64,000 bases of DNA from Nitrospirota bacterium (GCA_029858565.1 JAOUEV010000005.1:47739-111738), one strand, 5' to 3'. Positions 29,552 to 39,078 are shown, numbered from the stretch's first letter. Notes: generated from the letters alone by a model not told the origin. Translations and numbers: made by a program.

Positions 29552-30654
29552 AGCTTCGCCATCCTCCAGAATATCCCGTTCCCGTCAAAGAGGAGCATCC
29601 AGGCCGCGGTCAGCACCAGGCAGGCGAAGGAGATCGGGACGAAGTATTTCCAGCACATGGCCATCATCTGATCGATCCGGAGACGCGGCAGGGTCCAGCG
29701 CACCCAGATCGTCAGGAGGCAGAGCGGCGCGGCCTTGGCAAAAAAGACCGCCACCATCACGAGCTGCCAGCCCAGGCCGCTTGCGTAGGGGTCCCTGCCG
29801 ATGTTCCCGCCGCCCAGGAATACGGCGGCCGCGAGCGCCGCGGTGATGAAGATGCTCGAAAACTCCGCTGCAAAGAACAGGGCGAAGCGCATGCCCGAAT
29901 ACTCCACGTTGTACCCCGACACCAGCTCCGATTCAGCCTCGGGAAAATCGAAGGGCGTGCGGTTCATCTCCGCCAGACCGGAGATGAAAAAGATGATGAA
30001 TGCAACAACAGTAAAGGGATTGTGGAACAGGAACCATTGCCACGGCCAGGGTCCCTGGGCCATGACGATCTCCTGGAGCGAGAACGTGCCCGCGATCAGC
30101 ACCACGGTCAAGAGCGAAAGCGCCGTGGGGATCTCGTAGCTGATGATCTGGGCAGCAGAGCGGATGCCGCCCAGCAGCGCCCATTTGTTGTTCGACGCCC
30201 AGCCGGACATGAGGAATCCGACCACCAGAAGGGAACTCACGACGATGATGAATATCAGCCCGATGTTCAGGTCCGCGACCACGAAGGAGCCGCCGAAAGG
30301 GATCACGAGCGACGCCAGGACCGTTGAGGAGTAGACCAGATAGGGCGCGAGCTTGAAAAGTTTCTTGTCCGCCGCATCGGGGATGATGTCCTCCTTGAGC
30401 AGCAGTTTGACGCCGTCCACCGGGAACTGGAGCAGGCCCCAGGGTCCCACGCGGTTCGGCCCGACGCGGTTCTGGATATCCGCCGAGATCTTGCGCTCCA
30501 GGTAGGTGAGCATGCCCGCGATCATGCTCACGATCCCGATCACAGCCCCGCAGGGGACGGCGTAGGCCAGCAGCGTGATGACCATATCCGGCACGCCGTA
30601 GCCGCTGAGTGCAGGCTCAATGTTTTTATATATTTGATCTGCCGCGCTGTACAC
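29548..30654 (-). CDS. nuoH: NADH-quinone oxidoreductase-like subunit H
   Basis: ERKISADIQNRVGPNRVGP.G, DGVKLLLKE, SYEIP, NRTPFDFPEAESELVSG, PRLRIDQ. Confidence 0.97.
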   Translation of the reverse strand: MYSAADQIYKNIEPALSGYGVPDMVITLLAYAVPCGAVIGIVSMIAGMLTYLERKISADIQNRVGPNRVGPWGLLQFPVDGVKLLLKEDIIPDAADKKLFKLAPYLVYSSTVLASLVIPFGGSFVVADLNIGLIFIIVVSSLLVVGFLMSGWASNNKWALLGGIRSAAQIISYEIPTALSLLTVVLIAGTFSLQEIVMAQGPWPWQWFLFHNPFTVVAFIIFFISGLAEMNRTPFDFPEAESELVSGYNVEYSGMRFALFFAAEFSSIFITAALAAAVFLGGGNIGRDPYASGLGWQLVMVAVFFAKAAPLCLLTIWVRWTLPRLRIDQMMAMCWKYFVPISFACLVLTAAWMLLFDGNGIFWRMAKL

Positions 30655-30661
30655 AGGTGCT

Positions 30662-30689
30662 CCTTACCCCTTACGTCTTACGTTTCACG
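30662..30689. repeat. Heptamer array (YYTYACG family)
   Basis: CCTTACC CCTTACG TCTTACG TTTCACG between nuoD and nuoH. Confidence 0.7.
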
Positions 30690-30691
30690 AT

Positions 30692-31816
30692 TTATCTATC
30701 TATTTCCGGAGCCACCACGTCCAGGCTGCCGATGATCGCCACCAGGTCCGCCACCATGACACCCTGGCTGATATGCTCGATGATTGTCATGGACGAGAAC
30801 GAGCCGGTCCTGATCTTGATCCGGAAGGGATTCTTCTTTCCGTCGCTGATGACGTAGAACCCCAGTTCGCCCCGGGGACACTCGGTCCGGACGTAGATCT
30901 CGCCCGCCGGCACCGTGAAAAGCTTCGGCAGTTTTGTCCTGATCTCGCCGTCCTGAGGCAGCCGGTCCAGGGCCTGGCGGATGATCCTGCAGGACTGGAC
31001 AACCTCCTCGATCCGGATGAAGTACCGGTCGTAACTGTCCCCGAGCGTCCCGTATTTCCCTCTGCCGACCGGGATGTCGAAATCAAAGCGGTCGTAGATC
31101 GAATAGGATTCGTCCTTCCGGAGGTCGAAGGCGACGCCGGAAGCGCGCAGGTTCGGTCCGGTCAGGGTGTAGTCGTTCGCTGTTTCCGCGGAAATGACGC
31201 CGACATTCGCCAGCCGGTTGATCAGGATGGTGTTGAAGGAGATCAGCTCATTGAACTCCTCCACGAACTCGTATTCAAGATGATCGACAAAGGCCCGGCA
31301 CTTTTCCGCGAATCCCGGCGGCAGGTCCTGGGCCACGCCGCCGATGCGCACGTAGTTGTGCGTCAGCCGCGCTCCGCAGAGCATTTCGATCAAATCGTTG
31401 AAGGTCTCCCGTTCCCGCAGCGCGTGCACAAAGGGCGTGACCGCGCCCAGGTCCAACAGCAGCGCGCCGAAGCCGATGAAATGGCTCGCGATGCGCGAAA
31501 GCTCCGCCGCGATCACGCGCAGATACTCTGCCTTTTCCGGGACCGCGACCCCTGCCAGCCGCTCCACCGCCACGGCATACCCCAGGTTGCAGTTGACCGA
31601 CGCCACGTAATCGATGCGGTCCGTGTAGGGCATGAACCCCTGCCAGGTGACCCGCTCGGCGATCTTCTCGATGCCCCGGTGCAGGAACCCGATATCCGGG
31701 GTTGCCTTCACCATCATTTCGCCGTCGGTCTGGAGGATGAAGCGCAGCACGCCGTGCGTGCTCGGATGGTGGGGCCCCATGTTCAGGACCATTTCCTGGG
31801 TAGAGTATTTGGACAT
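30692..31816 (-). CDS. nuoD: NADH-quinone oxidoreductase-like subunit D
   Basis: NMGPHHPSTHGVLR, GFLHRGIEK, DRIDY, C-terminal EIDR. No NiFe-binding CxxC motifs. Confidence 0.96.
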   Translation of the reverse strand: MSKYSTQEMVLNMGPHHPSTHGVLRFILQTDGEMMVKATPDIGFLHRGIEKIAERVTWQGFMPYTDRIDYVASVNCNLGYAVAVERLAGVAVPEKAEYLRVIAAELSRIASHFIGFGALLLDLGAVTPFVHALRERETFNDLIEMLCGARLTHNYVRIGGVAQDLPPGFAEKCRAFVDHLEYEFVEEFNELISFNTILINRLANVGVISAETANDYTLTGPNLRASGVAFDLRKDESYSIYDRFDFDIPVGRGKYGTLGDSYDRYFIRIEEVVQSCRIIRQALDRLPQDGEIRTKLPKLFTVPAGEIYVRTECPRGELGFYVISDGKKNPFRIKIRTGSFSSMTIIEHISQGVMVADLVAIIGSLDVVAPEIDR

Positions 31817-31817
31817 A

Positions 31818-32399
31818 TTATTTCGGATTTCGGATTGCGGATTTCGGATTTAAAGTCGTTATATGTTCGATTGTTTCACTCACGCCGCATTCCGCATTCG
31901 ACAACCCGCAATCGAGAAGGTCTTCACGGGCAGTTTCAATACCGTTGTAGCTCGTCGGATACACGTAATCCTTCCGGAGCGGATAGCCCTCCCAATCCTC
32001 CGGCAGCAGCAGCCGCTTCATATTGGAATGGCCGGTAAACCGGATGCCGAGCAGGTCAAAGGTCTCGCGCTCGTACCAGCCGATGCCGGGGAACGCCCGC
32101 TCCAGGCTCGGAATTTCCGGCTGCTTCCGGTCGAGAAAAACCCTGACCGTGATCTTCGCCCTATGGACCTGCGAGTAAAGATTGTAGATCACCGCCATCC
32201 GGTCGCCGTAATCCACGCCAAGATGGTTCATGAGCGTCGAGAAACCGAGCGCCGGGTCGTTCTTGAGCGTTCCGAGGGACGCAATGAAATCCTTCAGGTC
32301 CAGAACAACCATCAGGTCGTTGTTCTTCATGGCCTCCATCGACCGGACGGACGCGCCAAGCTTCGCTGAGATCAGGTTTTGCAGCTTCTCCTGCGCCAT
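31818..32399 (-). CDS. nuoC: NADH-quinone oxidoreductase-like subunit C with a repeat-derived C-terminal tail
   Basis: WYERETFDLLGI.F.GH....RLLLPEDW.GYPLRKDY. The tail CGLSNAECGV...NPKSAIRNPK is encoded by the repeat element. Confidence 0.95.
   Translation of the reverse strand: MAQEKLQNLISAKLGASVRSMEAMKNNDLMVVLDLKDFIASLGTLKNDPALGFSTLMNHLGVDYGDRMAVIYNLYSQVHRAKITVRVFLDRKQPEIPSLERAFPGIGWYERETFDLLGIRFTGHSNMKRLLLPEDWEGYPLRKDYVYPTSYNGIETAREDLLDCGLSNAECGVSETIEHITTLNPKSAIRNPK
31821..31913. repeat. Inverted heptamer element (TKCGGAT arm and CCGCAWT arm) inside nuoC
   Basis: TTTCGGA TTTCGGA TTGCGGA TTTCGGA ... CCGCATT CCGCATT CGACAAC CCGCAAT. Confidence 0.85.
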
Positions 32400-32401
32400 G
32401 T

Positions 32402-32905
32402 TCAAGCTTCCTTTTTGAGGAAGTACCTCTCCTTCTTGATCTTTTCCTGCACTTTCATCAGCGCCTCGGTCAACGCCTCGGGCCTCGGCGGGCACCCGGG
32501 CAAATACACGTCCACGGGCAGGATCTTGTCCACGCCGCGCACCACCGAATAACTCAGGTCAAAGGGGCCGCCGCAGTTCGCGCAGCTGCCCATGGCGATC
32601 ACGTACTTGGGCTCGGCCATCTGCTCGTACAGACGGCGGAGCCGCGGGGCCATCTTGAGCGTCACCGTGCCCGCCACGATCATGAGATCCGACTGACGCG
32701 GCGTTGCCCGGAACAGGGACCCGAAACGGTCGATGTCCGCCCGGGGACCGCCGGTCTGCATCAGCTCGATGGAGCAGCAGGCAAGGCCCATGAGGAGATA
32801 CCAGAGCGAGTTCGCCCGGGCAAGGTTCACGGCCTGGTCGATCGTGGTCAGGACCGGCTCGGAATCGCCGGGCAGCCGGTTCACGATGTTGAAACGCTCA
32901 AGCAT
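32402..32905 (-). CDS. nuoB: NADH-quinone oxidoreductase-like subunit B
   Basis: [33 protein letters not shown]. Confidence 0.97.
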   Translation of the reverse strand: MLERFNIVNRLPGDSEPVLTTIDQAVNLARANSLWYLLMGLACCSIELMQTGGPRADIDRFGSLFRATPRQSDLMIVAGTVTLKMAPRLRRLYEQMAEPKYVIAMGSCANCGGPFDLSYSVVRGVDKILPVDVYLPGCPPRPEALTEALMKVQEKIKKERYFLKKEA

Positions 32906-33434
32906 CGTCCTTCTCCTCCTCCCGGGGCAGTGACGCCAGCCGGGCGTTGATGCGCGCCTGGACCTCCGCGAGCCGCGCCTTGCCCCGCTCGCGCGCCTGC
33001 CCGGCCATCCAGTCCTTCAGGGTCGTTATGTTCCCCTCCACGCGAAGCTGTTTTCGCACGCCCCGGAGCCATTCGAGGTATCCGTTCTTCCAGGCATACA
33101 CCAAACCGAGGAACAGCACCGCGGCGAACACGAAGATCTCCAGGAACACCGTCGCCCCGTTCCCCGCCAGGAGAGCGTCCCGGAACCGCGCGATCACCGG
33201 AAAGATCAGGATGATTTCCACGTCGAAGATGATGAAAAGGATTGCGATCAGGTAAAACCGGGCGTTGAAGTTGAGCCATCCCGAACCCACCGGCTCCTCG
33301 CCGCACTCGTAGGTCGCGTTCTTTTCGGCATTGGGCCTGCGCGGCGCAAGTATCTTCACGAGCGACATGGTCAGAAATACAAACAAAAGCCCGGCGCAGA
33401 AAAAAACAAAGATATTTCCGTAAACATTCAGCAT
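32898..33434 (-). CDS. nuoA: NADH-quinone oxidoreductase-like subunit A with a C-terminal extension
   Basis: [31 protein letters not shown], followed by ~55 extra charged residues. Confidence 0.95.
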   Translation of the reverse strand: MLNVYGNIFVFFCAGLLFVFLTMSLVKILAPRRPNAEKNATYECGEEPVGSGWLNFNARFYLIAILFIIFDVEIILIFPVIARFRDALLAGNGATVFLEIFVFAAVLFLGLVYAWKNGYLEWLRGVRKQLRVEGNITTLKDWMAGQARERGKARLAEVQARINARLASLPREEEKDDA

Positions 33435-33641
33435 GGGATTGATCCCCTGAGAGCACAGGCAAATCAGGATTTTCCAGACCCCTTTTCTGCAACGTTACCA
33501 TAGAACGGCGTTCCGGAGAAATTTATTATTTTAATGTGAAAATTAGATTGTCCTCAGGAAAAAGAGGCGTGTGAAAAAAAGTAACGCGACAGCGGGACAG
33601 TGGCGAGCTCTCTTACCCATGGCGGGGCAAAGCGAGTTCGC

Positions 33642-33860
33642 TCATTTGCAGCCCGCGCAGGACGATGATGAGCATCCGCTGCATCCCGAGGAACTTCCTG
33701 AGGAAGGGTCTCCCGAACCCTTCCCCAGACCGAACTTCGAGAGCCGCTTCTGTGTTTCTTTTGAACCGCAGAAAGGACACTCGACCACGGGATTCGAGCC
33801 GAAGACCAGTTTCTCGAAGCATTTGCCGCAGGCAGCGCATTGATATTCGTAGATAGGCAT
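33642..33860 (-). CDS. FmdB family zinc-ribbon protein
   Basis: MPIYEYQCAACG.CFE...CPFCGS, with a CSGC....CAGC tail. Confidence 0.9.
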   Translation of the reverse strand: MPIYEYQCAACGKCFEKLVFGSNPVVECPFCGSKETQKRLSKFGLGKGSGDPSSGSSSGCSGCSSSSCAGCK

Positions 33861-33872
33861 GACACCAAGAGC

Positions 33873-33982
33873 AGGATTAATGAACACAGAGAAGGATCAC
33901 AGGGTTAAGGATTAAACAGGGCCCAATCTCTACGCCCCCTCATCTCCGACCTTTAATCCTCTAATCCTTGTTCACTTAATCC
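33873..33982. repeat. Inverted mini-repeat (AGGATT/AATCCT arms)
   Basis: GGATTAATGAACA...AAGGATTAAA versus TTTAATCCTCTAATCCTTGTTCACTTAATCC. Confidence 0.6.
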
Positions 33983-33992
33983 ACCTACTCCT

Positions 33993-34637
33993 TTACTTAC
34001 CCAGCTTCTTCCAGTCCGCCAGGAATTTCTCGATCCCGATGTCCGTCAGGGGATGCTTCACCAGCTGATCGATCACGCTGAAGGGGATCGTGGCGATGTG
34101 CGCGCCGGCCATGGCAGCGTCGACCACGTGCAGCGGATTCCGGACGCTCGCGACGATGATCTCGGTCCCATATCCGTAATTATTGTAGATGGCGACAATC
34201 TGGCGCACCAGGTCCATGCCGTAGTGGCTGATATCATCAAGTCTGCCCACGAAAGGGCTGACGTATGCCGCGCCTACCTTTGCCGCGAGCAGGGCCTGCA
34301 TGGGCGAGAACACCAGCGTCATGTTCACCCTGATGTTCTTTTCCGCGAGCACCTTCGTGGCCTTCAGGCCGTCCCTGGTCATGGGCAGTTTCACCACGAT
34401 GTTCTTGTGGATCTTCGCCAGGTCCTCGCCTTCGGCGATCATGTCGTCGGCTTTCAGGCTCACGGCCTCGGCGCTGATCGGGCCGTCGACGATCGTACAG
34501 ATCTCATTGATGACCTGCTTGAAATCCCGGCCTTCCTTCGCGATGAGCGAAGGATTCGTGGTCACCCCGTCCACCACGCCCAGGCTCGCTGCTTCCTTGA
34601 TCTCTTTGACATTGGCGGTATCGATGAAGAATTTCAT
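33993..34637 (-). CDS. tal: Transaldolase (short TalC/FSA family)
   Basis: [20 protein letters not shown] (Schiff-base Lys). Glu in ISAEAV and Phe in SPFVGRLDD favour transaldolase over fructose-6-phosphate aldolase. Confidence 0.92.
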   Translation of the reverse strand: MKFFIDTANVKEIKEAASLGVVDGVTTNPSLIAKEGRDFKQVINEICTIVDGPISAEAVSLKADDMIAEGEDLAKIHKNIVVKLPMTRDGLKATKVLAEKNIRVNMTLVFSPMQALLAAKVGAAYVSPFVGRLDDISHYGMDLVRQIVAIYNNYGYGTEIIVASVRNPLHVVDAAMAGAHIATIPFSVIDQLVKHPLTDIGIEKFLADWKKLGK

Positions 34638-34700
34638 GGTTTATTCGTTCTCCTCTAATATAGTTCTTGGCCTTACACCTCTTGTATCACGATTACTTTC

Positions 34701-35996
34701 TTAATTTCTCACCTTCTCAATTTCTCGGTCTTCCGCACTTTGCACTCCGCACTCCGCACTTCGAAGCGCAGCTTCGATGACCTGCACCGTATGCATGACC
34801 GCAACTTCCGCTCCTTCCAGCCTCAGACTGTCGGCGATCTGCATCCTGCAGCCGGGACAGCCGGTAAGCACGGTCGCGGCGCCCGTGGCGATGATGTCGC
34901 GGGCCTTTGATCTTCCTATGCCGCGGGACAGGGCCGGATGAACCGCTCGCATCAGGCCGCCGAACCCGCAGCACTGATCAGGACGATCCATTTCCACCAG
35001 CATCACGCCGGGGATGCGCCGAACGACGCTCCGCGCCGTCTTTGCCAGACCCTGTCCCCGCCCCAGATGGCAGGGGTCATGCCAGGTAATGCGGCCGTGC
35101 AGAGGGGTGCTCAGGTCGCTGGCTGCTAGCTTGTCCGCAAGGAACTCGTGGATGTCCATCACCGCAGCCGGCCTGATCCCCGACCGCGAGAGCAGTTCGG
35201 GATAGTCACGCTTGAACGTCATACCGCAGGACGCGCAGGCCGTGACAACAGCTTCGGCATCGAGCGCAGCCAGCACGCGGGTATTCTGTTCCGCCAGATT
35301 CCTGGCACCATCCCGATCGCCCAGGGACAGGAACGGTCTTCCGCAGCATTTCAGATCGTCAGGGATGACAACATGGTAACCGAGGTGTTCAAGCACAGCC
35401 GCCGTGGACTGTTGAATATCCTGTTGAAAGTGTCTGATCGCGCACCCGGGATAAAAAATGACTTTTTTCCTCGCGGCAACCTGTTGACCGCTTCCATTCC
35501 GCATTCCGTAGTCCGCATTCCGAATCTTCCTGCTACCCTGCCCCGCGCCGCCACCTGCCACGGATCCCTTGCTGAAATGGAGCGCCACCGGCGCAAGCCA
35601 CGAAAGGGAGCGCATTACCGCCTCATGCCGGAGCGCGCCAGCCAGCACCGACTGAACAATTCCGGCGCCGGACTCCTGGACAGCCTGTTCTTTGGCCGCC
35701 AGAATGATGCTCGTCACCGGCACCCCGCTCGCGCACTGTCCTTCGCATGCCATGCACCCGGCGCACGTGGCAAGACGGTCCTGGTACAGGTCCGACACCG
35801 CCAGTCGCCCGTCCAGGACTGCCTCGATCAAGGCGATGCGGCCGCGCGGCGACTGAGACTCCCGCCGGTCCTGCCGGAAGCTTGGGCAAACCGCGCTGCA
35901 GGCCCCGCATTTCACGCACCGGGAAATATCCTTCCGATAATTTTCTAAGGGATTTTGATGAGTTCTCTTCCGCACTTCGCACTCCGCACTTCGCAC
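34701..35996 (-). CDS. (Fe-S)-binding oxidoreductase, GlcF/HdrD-like (2x[4Fe-4S] plus two CCG domains)
   Basis: CVKCGACSAVCP, CAGCMACEGQC, YPGC...CCG...CASC, HDPCHL...CCGFGG...CPGC. The start (GTG at 35996 or 35975) is uncertain. Confidence 0.9.
   Translation of the reverse strand: MRSAECEVRKRTHQNPLENYRKDISRCVKCGACSAVCPSFRQDRRESQSPRGRIALIEAVLDGRLAVSDLYQDRLATCAGCMACEGQCASGVPVTSIILAAKEQAVQESGAGIVQSVLAGALRHEAVMRSLSWLAPVALHFSKGSVAGGGAGQGSRKIRNADYGMRNGSGQQVAARKKVIFYPGCAIRHFQQDIQQSTAAVLEHLGYHVVIPDDLKCCGRPFLSLGDRDGARNLAEQNTRVLAALDAEAVVTACASCGMTFKRDYPELLSRSGIRPAAVMDIHEFLADKLAASDLSTPLHGRITWHDPCHLGRGQGLAKTARSVVRRIPGVMLVEMDRPDQCCGFGGLMRAVHPALSRGIGRSKARDIIATGAATVLTGCPGCRMQIADSLRLEGAEVAVMHTVQVIEAALRSAECGVQSAEDREIEKVRN
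34731..34763. repeat. Heptamer array inside the 3' end of the glcF-like gene
   Basis: TTCCGCAC TTTGCAC TCCGCAC TCCGCAC TTCG, encoding RSAECGVQSAE. Confidence 0.85.
35497..35526. repeat. Heptamer array inside the interdomain linker of the glcF-like gene
   Basis: TTCCGCA TTCCGTA GTCCGCA TTCCGAA, encoding IRNADYGMRN. Confidence 0.8.
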
Positions 35997-35997
35997 T
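35968..35997. repeat. Heptamer array at the start of the glcF-like gene
   Basis: TTCCGCAC TTCGCAC TCCGCAC TTCGCAC, encoding [10 protein letters not shown]. Confidence 0.85.
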
Positions 35998-36001
35998 GGT
36001 T

Positions 36002-36628
36002 TTACGGCAGTATCGTCACCGGCGTGCCGAGCGACACGATGCTGAACAGTTCATCCACATCGGTGTTGGCCAGGGCGATGCATCCGTCGGTCCAGTTGTC
36101 CTTGGCGGCCAGTGCGGCCCGGTCCCCCTGGAGCCTGCCATGGATCCCGACCGCGCCGCCAAGCCTTGTTTCCCAGGGCGGCTGCTTCCCTTCCGCAGCG
36201 GACCGCTGAATCTCGCTGTATTCCCGCACGGAGATCATGCCTTTCCGCAATCCCCGCTCAGCGTGCTTCAGGCTGGGATAGCTCAAGCCCATGAACTTGT
36301 AGAACCGTTTGCTGTGGTTCATGGTGCAAATATAGAAATCGCCTTCAGGCGTTCTGCGGTCGCCGATGCGCTCCTTGTCGCCTTCGGCAAATCCCTTTCC
36401 GAACACCGCGGGATAGGTCTTGATGGGGATGTCGCCCTTGTACAGGGTGAGGGAGTAATGGGATTTCCAGATAACGATAGCCGGATCGCCGGGCAGCGAG
36501 GAGAAGAGGGAAATAAAGGCCGCTGTGTTGGTACCTGGATCATCGGGGACCGGCGCGAGGACCGCAACCGCCGCCAGTGCCACGATGAACCGGACGAAGA
36601 ACGAGAGATATTTCCAGAACACCGCCAT
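36002..36628 (-). CDS. L,D-transpeptidase (YkuD family)
   Basis: N-terminal membrane anchor, GDRRTPEG, LSYP, VGIHG and WTDGCIAL catalytic motif. Confidence 0.93.
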   Translation of the reverse strand: MAVFWKYLSFFVRFIVALAAVAVLAPVPDDPGTNTAAFISLFSSLPGDPAIVIWKSHYSLTLYKGDIPIKTYPAVFGKGFAEGDKERIGDRRTPEGDFYICTMNHSKRFYKFMGLSYPSLKHAERGLRKGMISVREYSEIQRSAAEGKQPPWETRLGGAVGIHGRLQGDRAALAAKDNWTDGCIALANTDVDELFSIVSLGTPVTILP

Positions 36629-36639
36629 GGTCCGCTCCG

Positions 36640-36897
36640 TCAGCGCCGCCGCAGCCGCTCGTACTCGTCGGCGCAGTGCGTACTGCAAAAATGCGTCGGC
36701 GCGCCGCTGATCCGGCGAATAACAGCCCGTCCCTTGACCACATAGGTCCGGCACTGCGGATCAAGCACCATCTCTTCGCCAGGCAGACGACCGGTATCCG
36801 AGGGATCCTGCGCCGCCCGTACAGCGGCCCGGAACACCGTTTTGACCGCCTGGTACAGGACCGCGAAGAGAATGAACAGGAGGATCGCTCGGATCAT
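36640..36897 (-). CDS. Small membrane-anchored TRASH/YHS-type metal-binding protein
   Basis: TM helix, then MVLDPQC.TYV...HFCSTHC. Start ATG 36897 overlaps the upstream stop. Confidence 0.8.
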   Translation of the reverse strand: MIRAILLFILFAVLYQAVKTVFRAAVRAAQDPSDTGRLPGEEMVLDPQCRTYVVKGRAVIRRISGAPTHFCSTHCADEYERLRRR

Positions 36898-37475
36898 GGT
36901 GACTGCTTCCGCAGCGCCTGCCGGTAGGCGTGCAGGGAACTCTTGATCGTGTCCGCCTGAGGATGTTTTGGCGCGATATGGAGGAGCTGGTCCCACGCCG
37001 CTATGGCCTTACGGTAATCCTTCTTGTCCTGACCGTACACAACACCCAGGTTGAACAGCGCGTTCTGATGTCCCGGCTCTATGGAAACGGCCCGTTCATA
37101 GGTCTCGATCGCTTTGTCGATCATTCCCAGGCTCCGGTAGCTTGTCCCCATATCGGTCATCACATCAGCGCTGTGAGGATCGATCGTGAGCGCCTGTTCA
37201 TAATAATGGATCGCGCCCTTCCATTGGTGCGCGTCGTAGTAGGCGTTCCCCAGTGCGATCACCGCGGCGAGATTGTGCGGGTCCTCGGCCAGGATCGAAC
37301 GATACTCATCGATCAGCCCCTGGTAATACGGCGTAGTGGCTTCCGGGGCAGCGGACCTTTCCTGCCTGCTGTCGTCGCCCGCGGCCGTCCGGTCCTGACG
37401 CTTGCACGATGCGCCAGCAGCCAGGGCGAACACGAGGACAACCGCGACGCCTTGTTGTAGATTAGGAATGTTCAT
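36894..37475 (-). CDS. TPR lipoprotein
   Basis: Lipobox-like GASC; TPR units LGNAYYD, DMGTSY, NLGVVY. Confidence 0.88.
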   Translation of the reverse strand: MNIPNLQQGVAVVLVFALAAGASCKRQDRTAAGDDSRQERSAAPEATTPYYQGLIDEYRSILAEDPHNLAAVIALGNAYYDAHQWKGAIHYYEQALTIDPHSADVMTDMGTSYRSLGMIDKAIETYERAVSIEPGHQNALFNLGVVYGQDKKDYRKAIAAWDQLLHIAPKHPQADTIKSSLHAYRQALRKQSP

Positions 37476-37518
37476 CCCCTGTGAGATACCTTTTCTCCGG
37501 ACGCCCTGCCGGTTCGGA

Positions 37519-39078
37519 TCAATGGCGGAAATGACGCATCTTGGTGAAGATCATGGCGATACCGTGCTCGTCCGCCGCCTTGATCACTTCCTCGTCCTTG
37601 AGCGATCCACCCGGCTGGATCACCGCGGTGATCCCCGCTTTTGCCGCTTCGTCGAGCCCGTCGCGGAAGGGGAAGAATGCGTCCGATGCCAGGACCGTGC
37701 CCTTGAGCGGCGACTGCGCCTTCAGGACAGCGATCCTGACCGAGTCGAGCCTGCTCATCTGGCCCGCGCCGATCCCCACGGTCCGGTCCTTGGTCGTGAA
37801 CACGATGGCGTTGGACTTTACGTGCTTGCACACCTTCCAGGCAAAAGCGAGCCCCGCGTACTCATCCTCGGTGGGCTTGCGCTTCGTAGCGACCAGGAGC
37901 GCCTTCACATCGCTGATCGTGCCAAGGTCCCGGTCCTGGTAGATCAGGCCGCCGACGACCTTTTTCAGGTCCATACCCTCGGGCGTCCCGGAGATCTTCG
38001 GACCGATGTCCAGAACCCGGACGTCCTTCTTTTTCTTCAACTCCTCAAGCGCGTCAGGCGCGAACTCGGGAGCCACGACCACTTCCACGAATGTGGCCGT
38101 CAGCTCCCTGGCGGTCTCCGCGTCCACCAGTCGGTTGAAGGCGATCACGCCGCCGAACGCGGACACGGGATCGCAGTCACGGGCCTTGCGGTAAGCCTCG
38201 ACAAGCGTATTTCCCGTGGCCACGCCGCAGGGATTGTTATGCTTCACGATCACCGCCGCGGTCCCGCCGTACTCCTTGGCAAGTTCCAGCGCGCTGTTCG
38301 CGTCAAGATAGTTATTGAAGGACATTTCCTTGCCCTGGAGCTGCCGGGCATGGGCCACGCAGGGTTCCTTCACGCCGAATTCCCGGTAGAACGCTCCCTG
38401 CTGATGCGGATTCTCGCCGTAGCGCAGGTTCTGGACCTTCTCGAGCTGAAGCGTCAGGATGTTGGGAAAACGCGTCTTCTCGTCGTCGGGAACCTGCTTC
38501 TCCATCCATGCCGAGATTGCGCTGTCGTAGCGTGCAGTGTGCAGGAACACGGTCCGGCAAAGCTCGAACTTGGTCTTGGCGGACACCTCGCCGGACGTTT
38601 TGATCTCTTCGAGCACCCGGCCGTAATCCCGGGGCGAGACCACCACAGCGACGTCACGATGGTTCTTGGCAGCCGACCGGAGCATGGTCGGCCCGCCGAT
38701 GTCGATATTCTCGATGGCGTCCTCAAAGGTCACGCCCGGCTTGGCAACGGTCTGTTCAAAGGGGTAGAGGTTCACGACCACCAGGTCGATGGGCTGGATG
38801 CCGTGCTGGTTCATCTGCTTCACATGCTCGGGATTGCTCCGGATGCCCAGGAGGCCTCCATGCACCTTCGGATGCAGGGTCTTGACGCGGCCATCGAGCA
38901 TCTCGGGGAATCCGGTGAACTCCGATACATCCTTGACCGGAACGCCTCCGTCGCGCAGCATCTTCGCGGTGCCGCCGGTGGACAGGATCTCGATCCCGAG
39001 CTTCGCCAGTTCCTTTGCAAAGTCCAGGACGCCTTCTTTGTGAGAGACACTGATAAGCGCGCGCGTTACTTTACCCAC
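37519..39078 (-). CDS. purH: Bifunctional AICAR transformylase / IMP cyclohydrolase
   Basis: RALISVS, STGGTA, GRVKTLHP, IDIGGP, LRYGENPHQ, KHNNPCG, SDAFFPF, RHFRH. Confidence 0.99.
   Translation of the reverse strand: MGKVTRALISVSHKEGVLDFAKELAKLGIEILSTGGTAKMLRDGGVPVKDVSEFTGFPEMLDGRVKTLHPKVHGGLLGIRSNPEHVKQMNQHGIQPIDLVVVNLYPFEQTVAKPGVTFEDAIENIDIGGPTMLRSAAKNHRDVAVVVSPRDYGRVLEEIKTSGEVSAKTKFELCRTVFLHTARYDSAISAWMEKQVPDDEKTRFPNILTLQLEKVQNLRYGENPHQQGAFYREFGVKEPCVAHARQLQGKEMSFNNYLDANSALELAKEYGGTAAVIVKHNNPCGVATGNTLVEAYRKARDCDPVSAFGGVIAFNRLVDAETARELTATFVEVVVAPEFAPDALEELKKKKDVRVLDIGPKISGTPEGMDLKKVVGGLIYQDRDLGTISDVKALLVATKRKPTEDEYAGLAFAWKVCKHVKSNAIVFTTKDRTVGIGAGQMSRLDSVRIAVLKAQSPLKGTVLASDAFFPFRDGLDEAAKAGITAVIQPGGSLKDEEVIKAADEHGIAMIFTKMRHFRH

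Noticed and set aside
30692-32905. Group 4 [NiFe]-hydrogenase reading of the nuoEFG-less operon
   Set aside because: The large subunit has RIDY and EIDR instead of the two CxxC NiFe motifs; NuoB has the tandem CC; nuoA, J and K are present.
33534-33552. Rex operator upstream of nuoA (ATGTGAAAATTAGATTG)
   Set aside because: Only one half-site matches TTGTGAA-N4-TTCACAA.
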